A DNA stretch of 64,000 bases from Adineta vaga. Its lineage: Eukaryota; Animalia; Rotifera. The notes beneath the pieces were generated by a model. It saw only the letters and a list, made by a program, of their open reading frames with translations, did no database searches and had not been told where the DNA came from. A program made the translations under genes and the position numbers. The stretch lies in assembly GCA_021613535.1 (NCBI GenBank), contig CP075492.1:14384001-14448000 (forward strand), written 5' to 3'. This document shows, in pieces, positions 37,760 through 50,239 of the stretch (position 1 is its first letter; each line of letters opens with the position of its first letter).

Positions 37760-39091
37760 GTATTGAAAATATCGAAACAACAACTGAGCAAGGTACAACA
37801 TCACATAAATCAATTCATGAAACAACCGAAATCACAGTACACAGCACACAAATTGGTGAGTTCATTTGTGGCGCAGAAAAAAAATAATACAAATATGTAA
37901 TTTCATCATCGGCTTGGCAGATTGTTTCCTTCCAGAGCTTAAAAATTAAAGATTGATCTCTCACTATGAACACAATATCGATAAAATATGAGCCGATTGC
38001 CTTGTCGTTCTCATGAGCAATAGAAGTTTCTATGATATCACTTCATCTCTTATATTTTAGTAGAAACAACAACAAATGATCTTCTTCAACCAACGATCCT
38101 CTCAACATTTACTTCTACAATAAGTTATTTACATACGACTTATCAGACATGTAAGTAATGGTCATACACCTTTTCAAATGTGTATATATATATATATATA
38201 CAAAGATGAGATGAATGTTCAATAGAATTCTTCATTTTTCAGATACAACAACTATGTTAACAACAGAAGGTACAACGTTGACCAATAATAAAACTAGTAA
38301 GTTCATCCTTTATTAATCTAATGTGTAACTGAAATGATACAAAAGATTTTTATACAAATGTTTGTTATTTTCTTAAGATGGATTGTCATCAATTTTCTTG
38401 ATTCCACCTCCGTGCATGAATCCATATACGATTGGTCTTCAATGCAATATTTCTAGTACAGTATGTGACATGTTGAAACCTTGTCTCAATAATGGCACTT
38501 GCACGAACATGAATACTTCCGATTTCGGTTATAATTGCTCATGTCCATCCGAATTTATTGGCGCTCGTTGTGAATTCGATCATCGAGTTTGTAAAGAAGA
38601 TACCTGTTTGAACAATGGTAAATAACTTCGATTACTAGAAAAACGGCGAATAGCATTACTTTTTATAATTGATAGGTATTTGTAATAAAACATCAAATAC
38701 AACATTTAATTGCAATTGTTCAACTGATTGGCAAGGTATTCATTGTGAGGAAAGATTTAATTATTGTGAGAATATTACCTGTGAAAATCAAGGGATTTGT
38801 CGGCTATTATCACATAATTATTCCTGTGAATGTCTTGGAGATAATTATTCTGGTCGACAATGTGAAATAACGGCTACAAAAATTTCTGTCTATAGAATAG
38901 TTTCGAAATCATTTGCTTCTATTGCAATATTTTCTATGATAAGTGTTGCCATCTTCATCCTTGTTATGGATATATTGAAATATTTTTTAAATATTGATCC
39001 ACATGAAAAAGAATCAGAACAAATTCAAACAAAAAAACTAAAAGCAACACGCAAACATCCGCTTATACAAAAGTTTACATATATCAACTGA
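37760..39091 (+). CDS. Thr-rich + ~4 EGF-like repeats + C-terminal TM protein (multi-exon; 5' end uncertain)
   Basis: PCLNNGTC..YNCSC...F.G.RCE, CENQGIC...YSCEC....SG.QCE; TM FASIAIFSMISVAIFILVMDIL; Thr-rich mini-exons 37760-38297. Confidence 0.75.
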
Positions 39092-39277
39092 TCGCCATCA
39101 GAATCAATATCGATACCTTAACATAACAGTCGAACGTATCATTAACTTTTCTTTTTTCTCCTTAATTCGTGTATACAAGATAATAATTTATATTATAAAG
39201 GCAACTACAAATTGGATTAGCATATAGTATAAACATTATTACATTGTAAAGCAAAAAATTGTTTTAAAAAACAAATA

Positions 39278-40753
39278 TTAATCTCGAACAATATTCCTAG
39301 TTAACTGATAATACAATCTTTGTTCTGACTCTGTCTTTTCTTCGACTATAGCATTGGCTTTGACGAGATAATCGTATTCAAGCATTTCACTTTTTCTTGT
39401 ATCTAATTCATCTAATTGATTCATAAATATTTGCGTATGTTCTTCAATAATATCAGTGTAACGACTTTCTAAATAATTCACCCAAAATTCTTTATCAATG
39501 ACAAAATCAACTAAATAATCTTCTCCAAGTTCATATTTTTCCTCTTCAATTTGTACAACTGCCTTTCGAACATTGTCATTCGTTGTTTTCAATGCATTTA
39601 AATCGCGTACAAAACGTATTCTTTCATTATCTAATGGCATATCAAGAGTATTTGCTGGTGAACCATAGAAAAACAAAGTTGTTTCTAGTTCTTCGACAAT
39701 TTGATCATCTTCATTTGTTGTTAATTCATTAAAATTTTCTCTCGCATACAGCGTAGCAAGATTTTGTAAACGCGAAAAATTATACACTTGTTCGATTGCT
39801 TTGCGTACATCTTCATCAGATAATTCTAAAGCCATTATTCTTTCTTCAAGTTGAATGATTTCCATGAGAAATAACGAAAATAAAATACCATCGTAACATG
39901 TTCCAATAAACGTATTTGCTTCCACAAAACATCGTTGACGCAAACGTAAATTGTTTATCATGGATTCCATTAGCTTAACAATACGTTCTCTTAACATCTC
40001 GCTATAAGTTTCTATATTAGGTAGTTGAAGAAGTAGTTCGAAACGTGCTATCCATATTTCAAAACAACCTGAACCTCCTTCGTACTGTATTTTCTCTTCC
40101 CAATATTTGGCAAATTCGACGGAAAAACTACCAATTGCTGCAGGTGGAACTTGATCATCTATTTCAAGGGATTTAATGCAATGAATATTGTCTGGAAATT
40201 GAAGAATTCGATTATGAGACACGAGCACTGTTTCAATTCCTGGTAGATGTGCGAGTTCATTGGAAACTTTTCGAAGTTGATTACAAGTTACGTTGAGAAT
40301 TTTTAAGTTTTTGAAAGATTTTATACTGTCAGGTATTTCTTGGAGTACATTATTGGAGAGATCCAATAGTTTTAAAGAAGTTAATTGAGTCAAAAGGTGT
40401 GGCAATTCAGAAAAAGAATTGTTGGCAAGTGATAAGAATTGTATATGTTGCATTTTTCCGATCACATCTGGAAGTGTAGTTAGGCAAAGAAAAGATAAAT
40501 CTAGACTCTCAGATTGTTGCTCAAAACAATCTTTGATTCTTTCTTTTGCTGTGAAATCTTGCGCATCTTCTTCCGGATCTCGCCATGATTCTAATGATTC
40601 TAATAATTCTAGAACAGTCAGAGTCCGCTGTGATGATGAAAGTCTTAAAGATCGTATTTTTGGTGACAGTGTATTGCTGGCATTTGCACGAGTTCGCCGT
40701 ACAACTGTAGGATTTTGACGTTGAATTAATCTGACGGTGGTGCCACGAATCAT
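39278..40753 (-). CDS. IpaH/SspH-like LRR + NEL (novel E3 ligase) protein, intronless, HGT candidate
   Basis: LESW...AKERIKDC....SLDLSFLCLTTLPD (effector-type LRR cap), ~5 LRRs, then LRQRCF.EA...GTCYDG (CxD), FSRLQNLA, EELET.L, FWVNYL. Confidence 0.8.
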   Translation of the reverse strand: MIRGTTVRLIQRQNPTVVRRTRANASNTLSPKIRSLRLSSSQRTLTVLELLESLESWRDPEEDAQDFTAKERIKDCFEQQSESLDLSFLCLTTLPDVIGKMQHIQFLSLANNSFSELPHLLTQLTSLKLLDLSNNVLQEIPDSIKSFKNLKILNVTCNQLRKVSNELAHLPGIETVLVSHNRILQFPDNIHCIKSLEIDDQVPPAAIGSFSVEFAKYWEEKIQYEGGSGCFEIWIARFELLLQLPNIETYSEMLRERIVKLMESMINNLRLRQRCFVEANTFIGTCYDGILFSLFLMEIIQLEERIMALELSDEDVRKAIEQVYNFSRLQNLATLYARENFNELTTNEDDQIVEELETTLFFYGSPANTLDMPLDNERIRFVRDLNALKTTNDNVRKAVVQIEEEKYELGEDYLVDFVIDKEFWVNYLESRYTDIIEEHTQIFMNQLDELDTRKSEMLEYDYLVKANAIVEEKTESEQRLYYQLTRNIVRD

Positions 40754-41530
40754 GTGTAACTCTTGTATGTATAAATATAGCTTCAAAAATAGATGAGAAA
40801 TGATATATGGTATAGAATTTCAAAACTAAAATCTATTGAATGAGTCTTTTAGCCAATATAAAACATTATATAGAGTTACAGAAGTTGGATATTGCCGAAG
40901 GAAGTATTTATCGGCGAAGAATAAAATTTTCAAAGTCAGAGATGAATGCTGTCATCATCTTTATATTCGTAAGTGAGCAAGCAAAAAGATAAGCTTATCA
41001 CGACAAATAGAAGGAGAGAAAAGAAAAAGTAAAAATGCTGCTTGTTTTCTATTGCGATAAAAAGCACAAATAGTTAATCTTTGCACTTCGAAAGATCTAT
41101 TATCAATGTAATGCATTATTTCGAAATGTCATACGAGCATCATTTGAATTCTATTTCTATGATAGAATAACAATAGCAATACACGAAGGAATGCACCTTA
41201 TCGAACGTTAGACATGTTAAACGATCACTATCTATTAGAAAACGATTGTTATGATAGATTAAAAATAGAATTTTCTTTTTTCTTTTCTCTTTTTGATGTC
41301 AACAACATTTTTTCATGCAACAAATTCAATTATTGTGCAGTGAAGAAAACGTTTCGTTCATAATTGTAAAGTAGAAGTAGGATAGTTTAAGACAATGATC
41401 AGTTTGTATTTTTTTCTTCCAAATTTGCGAATAGAAACAGTTTATATTACTTTATATGAAAGTTCATTTAGTGATAAGTTAATTTTTCCTCAAGTTTAAG
41501 ATAAAAAATGTTTCTGTTATTTTATATACA

Positions 41531-42420
41531 AGACACCATAGAAGATCGTGATAGGCTTATTTGCAATATATTTCCGAAACTACGAGAATATTGTTTACAC
41601 ACATATAATATACCATTTCAGTATGCTGACATGTTGTGGGATGTACAAGATCAGGCTGCTATATTGATCACTCGACTGCATATATATGTATGCATGGCTT
41701 TGCTCAATGTTGTCGATTCTCATTAGCAACCAACTGCATAATATTCTTATTGTTTTCAATTCTTCATACGCAAAACAAAATTTCTATTTTTCTTCAGTTT
41801 CTCTTGAGTTACCGCTACGGTGCACGTATACCACTCCTTGCATTGATCAGAAACTTTTCAGAAGTTAGAAAGTGTTCTGTCCGAAGATGAACGCGATTTT
41901 ATTAATTGTGAATATCATTGAGATGAAAATCCACTCGAACTTTTCTATGCTCTTCGACAGATTGCTTCGGAGAGAAGTTCGAAATAATCTTGCATCGTAC
42001 ATCGACGATTTGCTATCTGGAAATAAAGATAATCAACGAGAAAGAATGATTGCATTCTTTTGAGAGATTCAAGATATTGATAGTTTCAAATCTTCAGTGA
42101 ATTCAAAATTTAATGATACGAACGATGATGAAACACAACAATTACGGACAAAATACACAATCACATTTGTGTAGTTTGGAATAATGGATCAAGTAGAAGA
42201 GAATATTTACAGAAATTTCAAAATAATTTCCTTGTTGACGTTTAGCGATACAAAGATTCACATACAAGAGTTGAATAAATCACTAGCGAAAGAAGTGTTT
42301 CAATCATGGTTAGAATACGACCATCGTCATTTGACACCAATTCAAATGACTTGGCCACAACCAAAGTTAAAACCTCATCATCGTCTTCTTTTTGCTGCTG
42401 AACTCGAACAGCTATGTTAA
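41531..42420 (+). pseudogene. Degraded NWD1/2-like (DUF4062-NACHT-WD) remnant
   Basis: DTIEDRDRLICNIFPKLREYCLHTYNIPFQYADMLWDV, FLLSYRYGAR, VFQSWLEYDHRHLTPIQ; many frameshifts and large deletions. Confidence 0.6.
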
Positions 42421-42829
42421 ACCTTGAAACTTGAATTCAATTTAAACAGTTTCATATGAACTATTCTATTTGTAAAGCCGCTGTCGCGTCCTCACAGTTG
42501 CTGGGTGCTGTATAGATGCCGAACAGCTGTAAAGGCAGTCTAACGTATACGCTGTTCATTGATCATTCGTTACATAGAAACGATTTTATGTACTAAACAA
42601 CGATTTTTCCAACAAAGACAAAGTAAGTTTCAGTGTTGAGCGGCTTTTTCTATGATTGCAATGCAGAGAAGCCTTTGGCAAAATACATTTTGCGACGCTT
42701 GAAAAGTCTTCGCTACTATTAAAAAAAAATTGTATGTATTGTTTATACGTTGGAAGAAATGCAAAAAAATGAAGTAGTGACTGGGTTTTTTCTTTTCATC
42801 ATAACGAAGAAAAACACAAATTGTACAAC

Positions 42830-45800
42830 ATGTCTCAAATCTTTAAAATCGTACTCATCGGCGAAACAGGATCAGGTTTGTATTATTTTACACTAATGTA
42901 TGGACCTATTACATCCTTGCACTCCTATAAAAAAGTCTTTCCATGTCTAGTATTGTTTTTCACCTTGTTCGTCTTTTTGTTACACAATAGATTCTTCTGG
43001 ACATAAAAAAAAGATTGTTTGGAGTTGGAAATATTTATTTCATTTTTGATATCTTGTGATTTTTTCAGAAAAGATAGCCGTCATGGGTTGAGAACAGTTG
43101 CTCGTCGGACAGCTGAACGCGGACATTTGAGGAGTGGGTGTGGGTGTGGGTGTGGGTGAGGGTCTGAAATGAAACAGAAAGATCCATACTCTCACTCAAA
43201 ACACATTGGACACTAATTGTTTATGTAAATTTGTTTTTGTTTCCTAGTTCACTTAGTTTTAATTGTCAATAAATAACACCTTTCTCTCATTTATTTAATT
43301 TAACTCAAAACGGTTGTTGGCGAGCAAATGTCCGTTTCCCAGTCGTCATGTGCTGAATCGATAGTTTCTCCATTAGCATAGTTCAACATTACTACAATGT
43401 TCTTGGTATATTGAGTGAAAATAAAGTAGCTGTGCGACAGTACGAATGAGTCTCATATCTATCACATGTATATAGAAGGTATATTATTGATCCAATCTGT
43501 TAATGTTATACATTGTACAGTACTTATCTCTTTGCACACTTGACTTTCGAAACACATTTTACATTATTCTGTATACATTTTAAATGCAACTGACTATAAA
43601 TCAGCTATCGTTGAAAGATTATTCCGTTAACCCATATAGTTTAGTCTCATTCGCTCACATTTACATTCGATAAATGAAAAATTAGATATTTAAACGCTGG
43701 AATTAGTAATTAGTTTTGAATGAGTGAGAAATCGGCTATTGTATATGATATTAATCAGAAATCTATCTCATTAAATTTGGTCATTCTTAAAATAGTACTG
43801 CAGTTACAGCTTACAGTGTGATAAAAAGTAATTTTGTTTACATACTCTTCAGTTTAGGAAATATCTACAAATTATAAATGATGTTTATTATAGGCAAGAG
43901 TACATTTATCAACTATTTGTGCAATCTATTTGAAAATGGTAGCTTGAGAAAGCCGCATATTGTCGTACCAAATGAGTTCTATGAAGCGACCACAAACGTT
44001 AGCAATAGTGAAAATAACGTTAACGACCGAACTACCAGTAAAACAACGGAATGCAAACATTATGAATTTAAGAATAACATCGGCACTTTTGATTTTTTGG
44101 ACACTCCAGGTATAAGTGATACTGGAGGTTATTTGAAAGACAATGAGAATGTTGACAAAATTTTTTCTGAAATTCGACGAATGGAAGAGGTAAATGCATT
44201 AATACTTATCATGAATGGTACTTACCATCGACTTACGCAAAACATTTCTAACGTCCTTGAGCGATTTCGGAATAGCATTCCAGATATCTTTACAAAAAAT
44301 ATGATCGTAATACTAACAAATTGCGAAGGGTACTCTGTTAATTTTCGTCCCGATTCTCAAGACTTTCTCAAGAACTGTCCTCGGTTTGTCATGCAAAACT
44401 CTGCGTTCTCATGTGCAAAAGGAGAGCTGTCAGAAGAGGAAAAGAGTGATCTGAAAAAATCATGGAAAGAGTCAATGAAGACTCTCGGAAAAATTATTGA
44501 CCATCTTGGTAAAGTCGCGCCTTTGTCTATCGACAGTTTTCGTCTGTTGAACGACGAACGTAATAGAATGAAAGATTTGCTGCACGAATATCGTTTAACT
44601 ATTTTGGAACTACACAATGTGCATAATAATCTTTTGTCTATGGAAAATATCTCGGCAGCGTGTGCACAGGAACAGAACAAATTTCAAAACTACTGTGCCA
44701 CTAACACAGTTGGATGTTGGGAATATACTGCTACTGATTACCACAATACATTGTGCGAGAAATGTAATATGGTGTGCCATGAAAAATGTACATTAGAAGA
44801 AACGCATGAGATGGGTGCAAACGAATTGCGTTTTTGCTGTGTTTTTCCGAACAGAAATTGGTGTGTTCAGTGTCAGTGCCATCTAAGTCATCACTATCAT
44901 GCAAGAAAATTAATTCACTACACGGAGCGATCAATGAGTTATATCATCAATAGCATATATGCGAAGTTCGAAAATGCCAAAAAGAACAAAGAGCATTTTA
45001 ATCGTCAATGCAGCAGTATTCAAGAAACGAAATCATTTCTTGAGGTTGCTTTGCAAAATCAATGTGAAGAAATCGAAACTGCTTGTCGAACTATCAGAAA
45101 AACGTGCTCAGGATATAATGTTGCCGAGGATTTATCAACGTTTATTACGCAATTAGGAATAGACTGTGCCGCTATTTTGTCTTCACCGATTACGCGATCG
45201 ATGGTCGATAATTTGATCAAACGACTAATAACACTCTGTGAAGAGCTGAAACCATCTGACCGATCACTGATTACACTTCAACGGACAAAAAGTTTGATTT
45301 TAAGTTCCAAAGAAGATTCACTAGCCAAAAGGAACCTTCAAAGGAGCAAGAGTCACATTTCAGACGAGGAACATGAACAAGGCCATAACCTGTTTGATGC
45401 TGGCGGTAAACATGAAAACAAGTCATTGGCATATATAGGCACACATGACAAAGAATTAGAAGATAAAAATCCCGAAAACAATAATATCCCAGTTTTAACT
45501 AACGATTGTGAACGATGCTCAGGTATGGTAGAAAATGATGTTGCAACTTTGACCAATGACATGAATCATAAGTTTCACAATGAAGAGAACGATACTACAT
45601 TCTCAGAATCATCTGGAAATGAGCTATTCGCTAATACTGGTAGATCAGCAGCTTCCTGTGCGTATCCTGAAGATGAATCGACGACACCTGGAAGTTCAGT
45701 GATACCTATACAGCAATACACAACACAAGACATTATGAAATTACTTTGTCAATGTGATATCAGTGCTGAACGAGAGATCGACAATGAACTTCGCAATCGT

Positions 45801-46040
45801 TGTGATGGTGAGTCTGTTGGATTTCTCTCGCGTACTCAGCTCTATGTTTTCGGCGAAAAATATGCTCAATATCAACAAATGAAAACTGATGAACTGAGTC
45901 GGGCTCAACGTCAACTGAAACGTGACGTACAAAGGGTAACCAACAAAGATTCACGTCAAATCCAGAAACTATCATCTGATCTCTTACTTACATTAGCAGC
46001 GATCGATATTATCTTGGAGAAGCGTGATGATGCTATGTGA
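42830..46040 (+). CDS. Septin/AIG1-like P-loop GTPase with Cys/His cluster and coiled coil (paralog 1)
   Basis: MSQIFKIVLIGETGS-G / GKSTFINYL joined across phase-1 intron 42876-43893; DTPG; VILTN; HNTLCEKCNMVCHEKC...CVQCQC...HYH. Confidence 0.85.
43085..43340. mobile_element. MULE/Mutator-like MITE (256 bp) with internal telomere-like repeats
   Basis: GGG...CCC ends; imperfect TIRs (gggttgagaacagttgctcgtc versus reverse complement gggaaacggacatttgctcgcc); 9-bp flanks agccgtcat 43076-43084 and agtcgtcat 43341-43349; TGTGGG/TGAGGG tract 43133-43163. Confidence 0.7.
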
Positions 46041-46504
46041 TTCTGTTTTGTATACATATACACATGTATTTGCATAGAATTTTCAGAAAGCCATAAAATT
46101 GCTGAAATAGTTGCGATTGTATTTTGCACCGTTCTTTACTCTACTTTTATTGTCTGCAACGCATTACCATTTACTTTTGCTAATCACGTATGAAACCTTC
46201 TTTTTAGATAAAAACTTCTGTTAATACCATTGATACGACAGCTCTACTCAATTGGGGATAAAATTTCGAATACACAATCGATAATTTTATAGAGCAGTGC
46301 GGAAGTGAGTATCACTATTATACAAAGAACATGTCTTAATTTTCTATAATTTCATATTATATAAAAAAAGACGCGAATATATCCTAATTATATCTAGCAA
46401 TGTAGTTCACAGAAGCTGAAAATGAATGGGTGGGCGTCGTTACTGTCTTTAACTACACCTTTATCCTCTAGATATATTTTAACAGATTTTCTCTTGTAGG
46501 ACAC

Positions 46505-49500
46505 ATGAGTTTGATAGATGCTGTGAAAAACGGTGGAAAAGTCCTTCTTGGTAAATTCAACAAGTTAACGACGAATGATGAGCCCAGAAAAATTAATATT
46601 CAAACAGATGATGTGGCGAAACTGCTTATCATTGGTGAAACAGGTTGTGGAAAATCGACCTTCATTAATTATCTGGTTAATTACTTTCGTGGAGGTAGTC
46701 TGAAAAATTTACGCGTGGCGATTCCTTCGGTATATCGACTGTGCGTAACTGAAGAGTTTGGTCACACGGAAAATGCGATGCATGATACTACAAAATCACA
46801 GACGGATGCCTGTCATCAATATGCTTTTGAAGATCCAAAAACTAAAAAAGCTTATCTGTTCCTTGATACTCCTGGTCTCAGTGACACACGTGGCGCTGAA
46901 CAAGACGATATTAATATCTTCAAAATTATTGATGCTGTTGAGAGTTTGGGCGGTCTAACTACTGTCATTATCGTTGTAAATGGTACAACACCACGCATAA
47001 CTTTAAATTCACAGAACGTTATTACTCGTTTACGTGGTAACTTACCAGATTCTGTTATGGAATCAGTAATTGTGGTTTTAACCAACGCAAAACGACATGC
47101 TTCAAACTTTAAAATTCAGGCACTGGGCTTAACGGGCGATGTGTATCCATTTTATTTTCAAAATTCGGCGTTTTCAAAGCCGGAAAATGAATGGGATTCT
47201 GAGTCACTACCTCAACTTGAGAGAGATTGGAGAGAATCGATGAATAATATTAAAAGAATGCTGTTAGAGATTGACAAACTTGCAACAAAATCTGTAAGTG
47301 CATTTACCGAAATGAAAGCAATACGCAATGAAATCATGGCATTGATGCATAAAATAAAAATGGAAGTGATTGATATTCAGAAGATGCAAGATGAGATTGC
47401 TGCCTTTGAATCTGCTGTACAAAAATATGGCTCTGATGCACTAACTTTTGAGGATTTCACGAAAGAAATAATACAAGAGCACAAGCAACATGTACCTGCT
47501 GATTATCATAGTACTCTATGTACTGTATGCGACTTTGTCTGTCACGATGGCTGTGCACTTCAAGAAACAGTAACACTTGGAGATCAAATTTTTGTAGGCT
47601 GCTGGGCGATGGACAACGGTTTTTGTCAACAATGTCCTGGAATCGTCGTTGATGGGCAAGTGACAAGATGTTCATTCAAAAAACACTATCATGCTCGAAA
47701 AACAATTAAAATATCAAAAACTTCGAACAAACGGATTTTACATGAAATCAAGGCTCAGTACGAACAGGCAGCCCAGAATAAAACTGAATTTGAAGGAAAG
47801 TTAACTTCGGCAACTCAAGCAAAAACACTACTAGCAAAAGCTCTTGAGGAAAAATATATTGAGTTGCAAGAAAAATGTAAACAATTACGAGCACTCTGTC
47901 ATGGATTCGATATTGTAGAAGAACTACGGTCTTTAATCGCTCAACTGCAAGCAAGTCATCTTCAACTACATGATATTGAAGCCAAACAGCAATCAGAAAA
48001 GATGATAAGAGGTCTCACCGAGTTCTGTCAAATGATCGGCAATGAACAATGCTCAGATCGAACATTGCCCCCGATGAGACTGATAGACAATTATCAATCA
48101 GGGCAACAGCAACAAACAGAACCAGCAACATCTACAACACCGCTTCCATCGAATATTTCTATATGGGAAAGTCGAGCGCAGAAGAATCAAAATCAGAAAG
48201 GTGATTCAAAAAGAAAGAAACAAACTAGCGTAGAATCAACGCATCAGTCGAATAGTGACGACACGTCGGATACTTCGTTATCAAGTGATGAAAGTAGTAC
48301 TGATGAAGCTAAAGTTACGAAGAGAAAGAGTAAAAGTAATAAGGAAAAAAAGATTAAAGAAAAGAATCGTACACTCACGAGTGGACGAACAAAAACTGAC
48401 AAAAACATTGGTTCGGAAGAAAGTGAAAACGATCATAAAACATCTTTTAAAAAAGAGCGTTTTCCAGAAACTGCGCTTCTTTGTTCAATGAATACACACG
48501 AACTTATTGGTCTGTATTCAACCTGTACAAATGTCAATGAAAAAAATTTAATTATAGAAGAACTGAGAAAACGAGCAGAAGGTCGCTCATCTCAAGCACC
48601 CTATGATAAAATTCAATTTGCTAATATTTATAGAGAATATTCATCGTACGACTTACCACAACTTCGTCAACGATACGATCAAATGCAACAGAAAATTAAC
48701 GAAACTATTGAGCAAGATATTCTTCACATTATACGAGTGAATCCAAAACTTTTAACAGAAATATCTGTCATCTACCTATTAATACATCCAACAAATGATG
48801 ATCAATTTCATTCACATCCGCAACAATTACCTTACCATCCACATGAGTATTACACAAACCAATCACGATTTCTCAACACAAATTATTCTTCAAATACCCA
48901 TCCCCAATTACACTACCCTTATCATTCTCAACCACAGCCCTTCAACTATGAGAATCAGAGACGTAAGTATAGAACATATGATAAATTCTCTATCAAGTTA
49001 TAATTACATGTATGTCGACGAAATCTATGATAAAATACGATGTTCTGTAGTAAGTGTTTAGATCAAGTCATAGATTGATTGTTTATATCCTAGTTTTATA
49101 GCATTTGTCAAGTGAATAGCGAGAAGCGAATTGAATAGGTATTTCATAATAAAATTCATGAACTGACAAAGAACTAGTTTTCTGCATCATTCAGTAAGAG
49201 CGTAAATCTATTTTTCGAAAGCAGTTTTGTTCTATCGTTCATGCATTTTGTTATCGAAGATTACTCGACTTAGTCACGAATGGTTAAGGAGATAAACCAA
49301 CAGAAGTGGTGAGACAAACAATTATAATTTCCTTTATTTGAAGTTGCAATTCGTTGCACATAATAGTTTCTCTTGGATGATCTTTTATTTTAAAGATATC
49401 TTGAAACATGTTCGCACCATTCGGTAGCCTTAGTTTTGTCATGTATTGTCTATGAAACAAAAATAAATGAAACTAGTTTTCAAAGACAAGAAGTTGCTTG

Positions 49501-50239
49501 AATTGGAGAACGTTCTGTTTACAATAGTTTTAGATTGACGAATACTGTATATATACGTAATTCAGTCACTCGAATAAATCACAAAAATTAGAAACGTGAT
49601 TATCTCAATTTTTAACGGTTATAAGACTATGTCAGGTTTTCATCTAGAGATTCCACAGTGGCAAACACATGGTCACTCTACAATGCCCGTGCCATACGGT
49701 TATAACCCATATGTACAGTGTCAAAATGAATTTCATCAAAATACGACTAATATTGGAACTCCAACACATCATATGAACCAGATGGTTCTTCAACAAATGT
49801 CTCAACTTACAATTCAAATGCCTATCAAGAGCAGCCACCACCCTATTCGAATGTTGTTTGTGATCAACAGGCTGCTACGTCATATCAACAACCATTAAAT
49901 ATGTCGACGCCTTCACTTTCAACATTAATGCATGAACCAAGAGCTTATTGTGACGGCCGTGATCCTTTTGAATCAAGACAAAACATGCCCACTTACGGTT
50001 CCCAATCTCAACTAAATGATCTTCTTAATTCACCAATTACGCGTCGTATCCTAGATGCCCCAGTAAATACAGGCGATATGAGAGGGCATCACACTGGTCA
50101 AACTTTCGAAAGTCTTTCCAATGCAACACTTGATAACTTACTTCGATGGCGGGACGAAGCTCGAAGTTTAAATCAAACAGATCGCGAGAATACCATCACT
50201 GAAGAAATTTTTCGTCGATTAAACACAAATAAATCTTGA
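46505..50239 (+). CDS. Septin/AIG1-like P-loop GTPase (paralog 2) with low-complexity, PPPY-containing tail
   Basis: GETGCGKST, DTPG, VVLTN, HSTLCTVCDFVCHDGC...HYH; donor 48963 (GTAAGT), phase-1 acceptor at ~49635; one frameshift near 49750 links to ORF 49901-50239. Confidence 0.85.

Noticed and set aside
8346-40753. Bacterial contamination as the source of the bacterial-like genes
   Set aside because: They are interleaved with spliceosomal-intron genes, share the host AT-rich composition and show no operon structure
42470-42560. Locally GC-richer patch, possible ncRNA or TE fragment
   Set aside because: No tRNA cloverleaf, TIR or TSD could be established
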